Below the pieces are notes generated by a model. That model did no database searches, was not told where the DNA came from, and worked only from the letters and a program-made list of their open reading frames with translations. From Heterodontus francisci (taxonomy: Eukaryota), in contig NC_090384.1 in assembly GCF_036365525.1 (NCBI RefSeq), positions 50,599,192 through 50,663,191 of the forward strand: DNA of 64,000 bases, in the 5' to 3' direction. Below, piece after piece: positions 24,661-34,939 of the stretch. A program made the position numbers and the translations under genes. How positions within the stretch are numbered: position 1 is the first letter of the stretch; each line of letters starts with the position of its first letter.

Positions 24661-27320
24661 TGTTTAGGGGCGACCTTAAGAAGGGACCACCTTAAGAGCT
24701 TCAAGTGAAGATCACTGGAAGAAGTGATGTTGTGACGCACATGACCAGGTAGTTGCAGATGGAGCCCAACAGAACGAGACATGTGTAGGTGTGCTTGTGC
24801 TGTAACTGTTTGTATATATATATATGTTCCAATTAAGTTATATTAAAACTCATATTTTCTTTGGATATTACTTGTAGTCCTGTGAGTCTGACAATAGATC
24901 ACACACCAAAAGAACAAGTAATATTACATGGTGGCAATGGTGAGATATATTGATTCTGAAGACCACCAAAAATTACATCATGGCAACATTTGATTTACTT
25001 TCTGAAGAACACACTAAGAGCAAACAAAGAACAGCAGGCTGCCTATCTGGAGTGGCTGAAGATCCAGCAGGAGATCCCACATCACTGCAGTGAGGTAGGC
25101 TACAGAGAGGACCCTGGAAGGTGTTGAAACTCTCTGAGTACAGCTGGCAGTCTTCCAGGATATTAGAGCTTTCACCTAATCTGGCTGTGGGTCAAAAAAT
25201 TTGAAAAAACAGTAGCTGAAGCATTTACTGTTTCAGTTTTCCTTTTTTGGCTTTGTGGGTGGGGCCTAAGCTTAAAAGTGCAGGATGCACTTGACAGTGC
25301 CACTGGAGGTCCAGGCTGGTTGTGGCAACTGCCAGTACTGCAAGCTCCAGCCCTCTCGAAAAAAATCTTCTCAGTTAACAAAAGGCAGCTGACAGTTTTT
25401 TAAAAAACTAGCCTGTGTGAAGGCAGCTGTCGATCTGTTTTTAAAAAAAAGATGTAATCTCATTCTTAAAAGGGACAGGGCTGTAAAAACAAGTCTATCT
25501 TAAAGAGGAAATAGAAATATGTCTGCTGTGAAATAGAAAACCTGTGAAAATGCCTGCAGTTATAAAAAATTAGGATCATTAAGACAATGTCTTTCAGATA
25601 TCCTGTTATTGTTTGGAAGGCGGCGGACATAGCAGCTGAATCTAAATTGTTTTGACAGCAAATGGAGTTGTTTTTCTGGATCAAAAAATGACTGAACCAG
25701 AGAAACAAGCTCCCAAAATTAAGATCGCACTGGGCAATGAGGGCCTGAAATGGATCAATATGTCAGGATTGCCAGCTGAGGATCAGAAAGACCCTAGCAA
25801 GATATAGGAATTCCTGGAGCAGCAACTCAAAGTGAAGGTAAATTTCCGCCTACATAGGCTTGAGCTGATGACCTACCAGCAAAGGCAAGATATGTCCATT
25901 AATCAGTTTGTTGCAAGGTGCTGAGACAAAGCTCAATATTGTCACTTCACAGATATCAAACTGTCAGAATGGGTTATAGAGCTAGTAATCACATCTACCC
26001 TATTAGAGGCCTTTCAAAAGGACCTGCTAAAAAAGAGAAAGGACACACCATAAATGCACTACCCAATTATGGAAGGAAATTTGAAGCCATCATGGCTGGG
26101 TGCCAACAGTTGCAAGCATTGGGGGCGGCTATGACAATTGGTATGGTAACCAAGGCTGAGAGGTCTGCAAAGCCTTGCGGCAAATGTGGCCTGACTCGCC
26201 CAGTTTGCAGTTGTGTGGCGTAACAGGACCAATGCAAAGCTTGTGGCATCCGAGGACATTGGGCAAGGCAGTGCAGAAGGCTGCGCTCAGATACTGCACA
26301 CAGGAATGGTGGCAGATCACATGCAGAGAGAATATCTGTAAGACAGGATGGCAACATACAACAAAAGCCCAAGCAGGTACATCAGGTCAGCAGAGAGACA
26401 GATTGTCAGGAGGACAAGGATGAAGAGTGCATTCGTGCAAATAGTGAGCAAGCATTTCACATTATTAACTTGGATCAACATGTCAATGCTATTACGCAGT
26501 CTGAGGCATTCACCATGATCAGGATTATATGCCAACAGAAGAGTGGCAAGCACAAGCTCAGAGTAAAAATTGACACTGGAACAAGTGCAAATATTCTGCC
26601 CATCTGCATACTGAAGGACATGTATTTAAAGAAATGGGAATCTATGGTGCAACTCACCATGGCTAGGCTGACTGCCTACAATGGTTCTCCAATCAAATGC
26701 ATTGGAAAGATAACTTTACAGTGCAGCTATGGGAGCTCCAAATGTCCTCACACAAATGTTTGATATTGTAGACACAACTGTCGCAGGACTTACAGTCTGC
26801 AGAGATTTACAAATTGTCACAATGCATGAGGTCAGCACCACACCGAAAGATATGGAAGGTTGCAACACAGACTGCATTGAGTCGGTTAGAGACCTGAAAC
26901 TACCTTCCTCAGACAAGTTTGATGCAATTGGTGATTTCAAGGATGATGTCATATTGCATGTGAGGGAGGATGCAGTCCTTACTATCGACCCATCAAGGAA
27001 GTGCAGTGTGTACATTCAAGAGAAGCTTAAAGTGGAGCTCATTGAGATGGAGCACAACGGAGTCATCTGCCGAGTGCACCAGCATTCTGATTGGTGCAGC
27101 TCTATTACCTGCCTGCTGAAGAAAGATGGCAATCTCAGTGTTTGCTTGCACCTGAGACAGTTGAATTTAGCCTTGAATAGATGCCAGCCTAAAATTCTAA
27201 CCTTGGAGGAGCTGAATCCTAAGTTTACTTGTGCTAAGTATTTTTCAAAGATTAATGTGAAGCATGGCTACTGGTCTGTCCATTTAGCCAAGAAGTCCCA
27301 GCTACTCACAACTTATAGAA
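24661..27320 (+). mobile_element. Gypsy/Ty3 LTR retrotransposon, 5' half (LTR 24661-24928, PBS, gag, protease, RT N-terminus), decayed
   Basis: TG...CA LTR followed by PBS-like TGGTGGCAATGGTG (24929-24942); CCHC knuckle CKACGIRGHWARQC (26233-26274); protease KIDTGTSANILP; RT motifs KKDGNLSVCLHLRQLN and YFSKINVKHGYWSV. Confidence 0.85.
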
Positions 27321-28296
27321 TGCTTGGTAGTTTGATGAGTTGGTTAAATTTGGTGAAGTTGACAGGGAGTGGAGGTGCACATGGAAAAGGCCTTGGTAGT
27401 GACTTCAAAGGTTCTGGTCAGACCACTTGCTCCCAGTCATGGGTGTTAGAGTTGCAACCCTCCTTGGTCTACAATGTGAGAGGGAGAAGGAGAAGAGTCA
27501 GCAAAGAAGAGGACAAACTGCTTGCAGAGGGAGGAGGAGCTCTCAGCAGGAGGCCTTGTCCACCCATGTTCTCCGGAAGAATTTCTCCCTCCAACGAAGC
27601 TAGAAGCAATGTGTGTGTCATCTGCATTTTACAAAGGATGTGCTCACAGATCTCTGCTGTCTTTTGCAACCAGACCTGCAACCTCAGAGCAGAGTAAGGA
27701 CGGTACTGCCAGTGGATGTGAAGATGACTGTGGCCCTGAATTTATTGGTGTTGGAATCCTTCCAGGCTGGAGCAAGCAACATTTGTACCTCTCCCAATTT
27801 GCCAGTGCTACCTCAGAGAGGAGACAGGTGCTCTTTATTCTAGGAGAGGGTAAACGTCCTGCCTATCACACACATGAGTAATGCGATGTATGAATTTCAA
27901 TGCCAGTGTGATGCTAGATATATAGGCTGTACATCCCAAAGACTGGCAGATCACATCGAACGACATGTCCCTTCCACTGTTCGCAATGGGCAAGGTACAG
28001 GCCGTACCCAACCAGCCCATGCTTGCAAAACACAAAACACATTAGATGTGATTCCATGATTGGACAACATTTGCTAAATAATCCACAGTGTACTAAGAAT
28101 TACACTGACAATCAATTTAAGATTGTCAGTCGGACTCGCAGTGTGGTGCATTTGCGCATATTGGAAGCTACATATATTAATACACAAGGCCCTGTTCTTT
28201 ACAGACAGAAAGAACATGCACACACATTGCACCTGTTTCAGCTAAACAAAATAAGTGACAGCCATTCGTTGGTTCATTCCTAAGGGCAATGCTTGA

Positions 28297-28449
28297 CCAA
28301 TCAAAGTCAAGCTGCCTGGCTTAAATTTCAAACAAAGTTTAGCAGTTAAATGTCAGTCACCATAAACTGGTGCATTCTCCATGGCAATGCCTCTACCAAT
28401 CAGTGTCCAATTGCCAACCAATCAGCACTCTCTTCTCATACAGTATAAA
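28297..28449 (+). promoter_or_regulatory. Putative pLTR promoter: four CCAAT boxes and a TATA box
   Basis: CCAAT at 28297, 28396, 28407, 28418; TATAAA at 28444-28449, ~40 bp upstream of the hammerhead motif. Confidence 0.45.
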
Positions 28450-28484
28450 GTTGTTGCTTTCCCTTACATTGGTATTCTTGTGAA

Positions 28485-28518
28485 TGTCCTGATGGGTGCA
28501 AGATGAAAAGCTTCGACA
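28485..28518 (+). ncRNA. Minimal type-I hammerhead ribozyme motif (degenerate)
   Basis: TGTC-CTGATGG-GTgcaagAT-GAA-AAGCTT-C-GACA: stem I tgtc/gaca, palindromic stem III, UUC site; core A9 replaced by G. Confidence 0.65.
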
Positions 28519-29439
28519 ACATGTCTCCATTTTTAGCAACATTCAAGAGGGTAGTTCATTGTCTTCGCTCTGAACAAGGAGAAACAAATGGAGCATGCAT
28601 GTGACTTTGCCAGGATAGTAGGTTTTCCCATGGTGCAGGGTGCTATCAACTGCACACATGTGGCTTTGTTGGTGCCACATCTAAATGCTGAGATGTGCCA
28701 CAATCACAAAGGTTACTACTTGCTGAATGTGCAGTTGGTGTGCGACCACCTTTAGCACATCATGCTGGTGAAAACCCCCTATCCTGGCGGCAGTAATGAC
28801 TCTTTGATTCTGCAAAGTCCCCTGTTCCCTCAGTGTTTCAGCCACCACGTCAAACCAGTGGCTGCTGGACGACAAGGACTGTCCGCTCTACACTGGCTCA
28901 TGATTTTGCTCCATAAACCAACCACATGTGGCCAACATGCATTCATTGAGAACCATGCTTCCGCTTGAAACATCATAGGGCAGACCATTGGGATGCTGAA
29001 GAAATGGTTACACTGCCTGGACCTAGATAAGGCCTCCAGTACTCACTAGAGTGTGGATCCTGATTTGTGGTGGTCCTCTGAACCCCCCACAACCTGGCCA
29101 CCATGAGTGCACGGCCTGTGCCATCAAGAATACTGTGAGAAACTCAGGAGGAGGATGAAGAGCAGGAGCAAGAGGAGGAACAAAAGGAGGGTGAGGAAGG
29201 GAGGAAGCAGTCAGCACATCCCTGTTCTGGCGAGTCTATCCATGATCACCTCATTCTATTATAGTACCCATGAACACAATCCCATGGAAACATGACCTCT
29301 TTCCTCCTGTTGACCTCCTGGAATGAGGCCTCCAGCACTGCAAACAAGAACCAGGGAGTCCTCTTTTTTTCCTGTTGTTCCATTTGGGGTGCTTCTCTTT
29401 CCCGCCAATTCCTGCAGCGACAGTCAGCATCAGCCTCCT

Positions 29440-30222
29440 TATAATTGGTGCAGAGATTAGAAGAGAAGTCAAAACAACAATTAGGAGGTATAAAGCAACT
29501 ATGAAATTAATTTATCATGGAACATAAAACAAAATAATAAAATATTTTACAGGCCCATAAATAAATGAAGTAAAGTTGTGATGGGAATAGGGCTGCTTAT
29601 TGATCGATAGGATAATATCAAAGGCAAAGATAGAGAAATGGCAGAAATATTAAATAATTGCTTTGCTTCAGTATTTACCAGGGAAGCAGGACAGACAGAC
29701 ATGACATCTGATGGTTCAATTAGAAATGAGATAACTGCATTTAAAATAAAAATAGGTGAAATATTAAATAAACTAATCAAATTTATTGAGGCTAAGTTCC
29801 CCTCATCAGGACTGATTACATCCACACATTTTAGAAGAATCTAGGGAAGAGATAGCAGAGGCAGTATTACATATTTTTAATAATTCACTAGAGAATGATG
29901 ATCTGTCAGAGGGCTGGCAGATAGATAATGTTATACTTATATTTGGGAAGGGAGGTAGAACATGTCTAGGGAACTTTAGACCAGTCAGCTTAATATAGGT
30001 GGTAGGAAAAATAATAGAATCCCTCTAAGGGAGAAAATGGAAGAACAGCTAGAAATCACAAATATAATGAATAGTCAGCATGGATTTCAAAAGGGAACAT
30101 CTTGCCTGATCAATCTCATGGAATTTTTTGAAGAGGTAACTGAGAGTGTAGATAAAGGTCATGCAGTAGATATAATTTATCTAGATTTTCAAAAAGCCTT
30201 CAATAAGGTACCACATAATATG
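29440..30222 (+). mobile_element. Older CR1 ORF2 fragment (resumes at ~33225-33280 and 34508-34930)
   Basis: ORFs 29638-29844, 30037-30234 ([11 protein letters not shown]); downstream continuation ccacaaggatcagtgctgggacc. Confidence 0.75.
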
Positions 30223-33222
30223 CAGGGAGGATGAGCGAACTGACCACAGCACCGTGGGTCAGAGTGCCATTCAAGTGGGGGGAGAAAAGAGAAATGTAGT
30301 AGTAATCGGGGATAACATAGTTAGGAGAATAGATACTGTTCTCTGCAGCAAAGACAGGGAATCTGAAGGCTGTGTTGCCTACCTGGTGCCAAAGTTAAGG
30401 ACATCTCTTCTGGGCTGGAGAGGAACTTGGAGTGGGAGAGGAAGGATCCAGTTGTCGTAGTCCACTCAGATAGATGAATTGCCGGCACAAATAGAAATAA
30501 ATGAATATGACCTGATAGCTATGACAGAGACGTGGTTGCAGGGTGACCAAGACTGGAAACTCAATATTCAAGCATATGCGCTGTTCTGGAAAAATAGGCA
30601 AAAAGGGAAAAGAGGTGGGGTAGCTTTGTAAATGCAGTGGTGAGTAGTGATATAGGTGCAGTAGATCGTGAAGTGGAATCAGTTTGGGTGGAAATAAGGA
30701 ATAGCAAGGGTGGGAGTCATCTATAGGCCCCCGAAGAGTTGCCTCACTGTAGGACAAAGTATAAATTGGGAAATAATGGAGGCATGTAAAAAGGGTGCTA
30801 CAATTGTCATGTGTGATTTTATTCTGTGTATTGACTGGAATAAAATCAGATTGGCAGAGGTAATATGGAAGAATTTGTAGAGTGCATCAGGGATTGTTAC
30901 TTAGAGCAATACATTGCAGAACCAACCAGGGAACAGGCTATTTTAGATCTAGTAATGTGTAATGAGGTAGGATTAATAAGAGGCATTGGAATTAAGGATC
31001 CTCTGGAGGATAACGATCACAACATGATAGAATTTCAAATTCATTTTGAGGGCGAGTAACTCAGGTCTTAACCAGTGTCCTCAACTTAAACAAGGGTAAT
31101 TACGGAGATATGAAGAAAAAGTTGTCTAAAGCAGGCTGGGAAAATAGACTAAGGGGAAGGTCAGTGGATGAGCAATGGCAAACATTTAAGCATATATTTC
31201 ATAACGCTCAGCAAAAAAGTTATCCTGGTCAAAAAGAATGACTCGATGAGAAGAATGAACCACCCATGGTTAACAAAGGCGATCAAGGAGAGTATCCAAT
31301 CAAAAACTAAGGCTTTCAAAGCAGTGAAAACTAGTGGTAGGCCAGAGGATGGGGATTTTTTTAGGAACCAGCAGCGGTTGACTATAAAGCTAATAAAGAG
31401 GGATAAAATTGATTATGAAAGCAAATTGGCAAGAAATATAAAAACAAACAGCAAGAGCTTCTAAGGGTACATAAAAAGAGTAGCTAAAGTGAGCGTGGGA
31501 CCCTTAAAGGATGCGACTGGAGAATTGATAACAGGGAACAGGGAAATGGCAGATAATTTAAACCAATATTTTGCATCGCTCTACATGGAGGAGGGCACTA
31601 TAAACATCCCACAGATATCAGATAGGCAAGGAGCTAGTGGGAGGAAAGATCTTATAAACAGTCTCTATCACGAGGGACAAAGTATTTGACAAACTAATGG
31701 GACTAAAGGCAGACAAGTCGCCAGGACCTGATGGCCTGCATGCAAGGGTTTTAAAGGAAGTGGCTGCAGAAATTGTGAAGGCATTGGTCGAAATATTCCA
31801 GAACTCACTGGATTCTGGGAGGGTCCCAGCGGATTGGAAAACTGCAAATGTGATGCCCCTGTTCCAGAAGGGAGGGAGACAAAAAGCTGGAAACTATAGG
31901 CCAGTCAACCTAACATCGATCGTTGGGAAAATGCTAGAGTCCATTATTAAAGAAGAAATAGCAGGACATTTAGAAAAGCTTAACGTAATCAAACAGAGTC
32001 AACATGGTTTTGTGAAAGGGAAATCATGTTTGACAAATTTGCTAGAGTTCTTTGAGGATATAACAAGCAGAGTTGATAAAGGGGAACCAGTAGATGTAGT
32101 GTATTTGGATTTCCAGAAGACATTCGATAAGGTGCCACATAAAAGATTATTGCACAAGATAGGAGCTCACGGTATTGGGGGTAATGTATTAGCATGGATT
32201 GAGGATTGGTTAACTCACAGAAGACAGAGAGTCGGGATTAATGGGTCTTTTTCAGGTTGGAAAGACGTAACTCGTGGAGTGCCACAAGGATCAGTCCTAG
32301 GGCCTCAACTATTTACTATCTGTATTAATGACTTGGAGGAGGGGGCAGAGTGTAATATATCAAAATTTGCTGATGATACCAAAATAGGTGGGAGGGCGTG
32401 TTGTGATGATGACATAAGGAATCTGCAAGGGGATATAGATAGGTTGAGTGAGTGGGCAAAAACTTGGCAGATGGAGTTTAATGTAGGAAAGTGTGAGGTC
32501 ATGCACTTTGGTAGGAAGAATCAAAAGGCAGACTATTATTTAAATGGAGAGAGACTCCAGAAAAGTGCAGCACAGAGTGATCTGGGTGTTCTTGTGCATG
32601 AAACACAAAAAGCTAGCATGCAGGTGCAGCAAGTAATTAAGAAGGCCAAATGGAATTTTGGCCTTTATTGCTAGGTGGTTGGAGTTTAAAAATAGAGAAG
32701 TCTTGTTACAACTGTACAGGGTGTTGGTGAGGCCGCACCTGGAGGACTGTGTACAGTTTTGGTCCCCGTATTTAAGAAAGGATATACTGGCATTGGAGGC
32801 AGTTCAAAAGAGATTCACTAGGCTGATTCCTGGAATGAAGGGGTTGACTTATCAAGAACGGCTAAACAGGTTAGGCCTTTATTCATTAGAGTTTAGAAGA
32901 ATGAGGGGTGATCTTATTAAAACATACATGATTCTGAGGGGGCTTGCCAGGGTAGATGTTGAGAAGATTTTCCCACTAGTGGGGGAATTTCGAACTAGGG
33001 GACATAGTTACTGAGAGTTGTGGAGGCTAGATCACTGAAAGTATTTAAAGAGGAGGTAGATTGATGTTTGAAATATCAGGGAGTTGAGGGCTATGTGGAG
33101 CTGGCATGAAAGAGGAGTTGAGGTCTGGGGCAGATCAGCCATGATCTTATTGAATGGCGGGCAGGCTTGAAGGGCCGAATGGTCTACTCCTGCCCCTATT
33201 TCTTCTGTTCTTATGTTATGTT
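30223..33222 (+). mobile_element. Younger CR1 (partial esterase ORF1, APE, RT, 3' tail), frameshifted
   Basis: VVVIGDNIVRR esterase block; ORFs 30865-31059, 31168-31464, 31697-32674, 32658-33014; tail gggccgaatggtctactcctgcccctatttc..ttatgttatg. Confidence 0.92.
31697..32674 (+). CDS. CR1 reverse transcriptase domain (fragment of disrupted ORF2)
   Basis: KSPGPDG, NYRPVNLTS, QHGF, DFQKTFDKVPH, GVPQGSVLGP, FADDTK. Confidence 0.85.
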   Translation: MGLKADKSPGPDGLHARVLKEVAAEIVKALVEIFQNSLDSGRVPADWKTANVMPLFQKGGRQKAGNYRPVNLTSIVGKMLESIIKEEIAGHLEKLNVIKQSQHGFVKGKSCLTNLLEFFEDITSRVDKGEPVDVVYLDFQKTFDKVPHKRLLHKIGAHGIGGNVLAWIEDWLTHRRQRVGINGSFSGWKDVTRGVPQGSVLGPQLFTICINDLEEGAECNISKFADDTKIGGRACCDDDIRNLQGDIDRLSEWAKTWQMEFNVGKCEVMHFGRKNQKADYYLNGERLQKSAAQSDLGVLVHETQKASMQVQQVIKKAKWNFGLYC

Positions 33223-33300
33223 CTAATGAATAGGGTCAGGGGACAAGTAGCAGAATAGCAGAATAGATAGCTAGCTGACAGAACCACACAATGAATCTAT

Positions 33301-34057
33301 GGCCAGAATTTTACGGTGGGCAGGGGGGACCCGTTCACCGACCAGAAAGTCGGTCCCAAGCCCGCTTCTGCTGGGCCTGCGGATCCAGACTGGATTTTAC
33401 TCTCACCAGACCCTTAATTGGCCTTGGGCGGGACTTCCACCTCATGGAGGCAGGAAGTCCCGCTTGATGAAGCTGCCGGCCAATCAGCGGGCTGGCAGCT
33501 GTCAGGCCCAGCAGCACCACCAGGAGCAGTGGCCAAAGCGGGGACTATACCCAGCTGTAGGAGGAAGATGATGGATGGTCCAGAAAAAAGGTAAGTTTTT
33601 AGGGCCTCGCCGGGGACAATCAGGCAGGTCCCGGCAAGGCATGGAGGGGAGTCAGTTAGGGGGGCAGGGAGTGTGTTGTATGTTGGGTGTGGTTGGGGCT
33701 TCAGGGGCAGCCCTCCATGGGGCACAGGCTGCCCAATCAGGAGAGCACCCGCCCCCCAGCTCCCCAAAAGGCTGCCTAGTTTTATCAGGTGGGTTTTCTG
33801 AGGACTCAGCCGCCCGCCAGCCAAATGTAAAATAACCCTGGCGGTGGGTGGAGGCCCTTAAGTGGCTGTTAATGGCCACTTAAGGGCCTTGATTGGCCTG
33901 GGGCAGGCAGGCCATTTCTCACTGCTGCCGCCCCACGTACATTGGCAGCAGAGACGGGAGCAGGTAGGGAAGGGCCTACCCAGCCTCCCACTCCATTTTA
34001 CGCCCCTCCCTACTGTCGCCATCAGCCTGCTCTTTTGGTAGGCATAAAATTCTGGCC
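33301..34057. mobile_element. MITE, Harbinger-type TIRs
   Basis: Perfect 13-bp TIR GGCCAGAATTTTA/TAAAATTCTGGCC; GC-rich interior similar to 39530-40030 and 52110-52700. Confidence 0.85.
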
Positions 34058-34089
34058 AGAGGCAAAGACAAAGTAAACAAAGACACTGT

Positions 34090-34410
34090 ATAAATAAAGA
34101 CATTCACAAATTGATGAAGGTACATGTGATAATGAGACTCAAAATGATGGTACAAATGAATAAGCCTATACGATGTTGAAGTTGTATGTTGATGTTAGTT
34201 TTAATAAAGGGGCAATAGTAACTTCAATAGAGATAGAGGGTAAGGTTATTACAATGGAGGTTGATATGGGGTCCAGTGTAACAGTGGTACCTTTGGTCTT
34301 CTATGAAGCCAACTTGCTCATTTTCCTATGTGAGAGGCAGATAAATCATTTGTTAGCTTCACAGGGGCAAATATCAAGCCCACTGGAAAGGTGAAGGTGA
34401 AGGTTAGATA
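34090..34410 (+). mobile_element. Gypsy-type aspartic protease remnant
   Basis: IEIEGKVITMEVDMGSSVTVVP (degenerate DTG motif). Confidence 0.6.
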
Positions 34411-34939
34411 TGTGGGAGATTGAACGGGGAAGTGGGATTGACTGGATTGCTCCATGGGGAGCCGGGATGGACTTTATGAGCCGAATGGTCTCCTTCTATG
34501 CTGTAAATGACTCTATGACTCTATGACTTCAAGACAGAAAGCAGAGTAGGATTAAAAGGTAGTTATTCTGAGTGGCAGAAGGTGGAAATTGGTTGTCCAC
34601 AAGGATCAGTGCTGGGACCACTATTGTTCATAATTTATATTAATGAGTTAGACTTTGGAATCAAAAACACAATTTCTAAATGTGCACCAAATTGGGGGAA
34701 TAGTCAATACTGAGGAGGATTGCAACAAATTACAAGAAGGTATTAATAGACTTGCGAAGTGGGCATATAATTGAGAAATTAATTTCAACATAGATAAAAG
34801 TGAGGTATGACATTTTAGCAAGAGAAATAAGGAAGTTGCAAATTACATAGAAAATAAGAATCTAAATGGGGTAGGGGAGCCAAAGGGATCTAGGAGTACA
34901 AATACACAAATCACTAAAAGTAGTGACATAAGCGACATT

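Larger units (their letters stand above)
27853..28545 (+). mobile_element. Penelope-like element family 2, 5'-truncated (GIY-YIG, 3' region, hammerhead)
   Basis: YEFQCQCDARYIGCTSQRL...HLRILEATYI; 8-bp TSD AGAGGGTA (27845-27852, 28546-28553). Confidence 0.82.
27470..29200 (+). pseudogene. PIF/Harbinger (HARBI1-like) DDE transposase remnant, split by a PLE insertion
   Basis: LHFTKDVLTDLCCLLQPDLQPQSRVRTVLPVDVKMTVALN; after the insertion GFPMVQGAINCTHVAL, LNVQLVCDH, YPGGSNDSLIL, IGMLKKWLHCLD; acidic GAG-rich end. Confidence 0.8.

Noticed and set aside
26729-27697. 322-aa ORF as a novel fusion protein
   Set aside because: The Gypsy RT lacks its YxDD half and reads by chance into Harbinger DNA, in a different frame from the LHFTKDVL transposase block.
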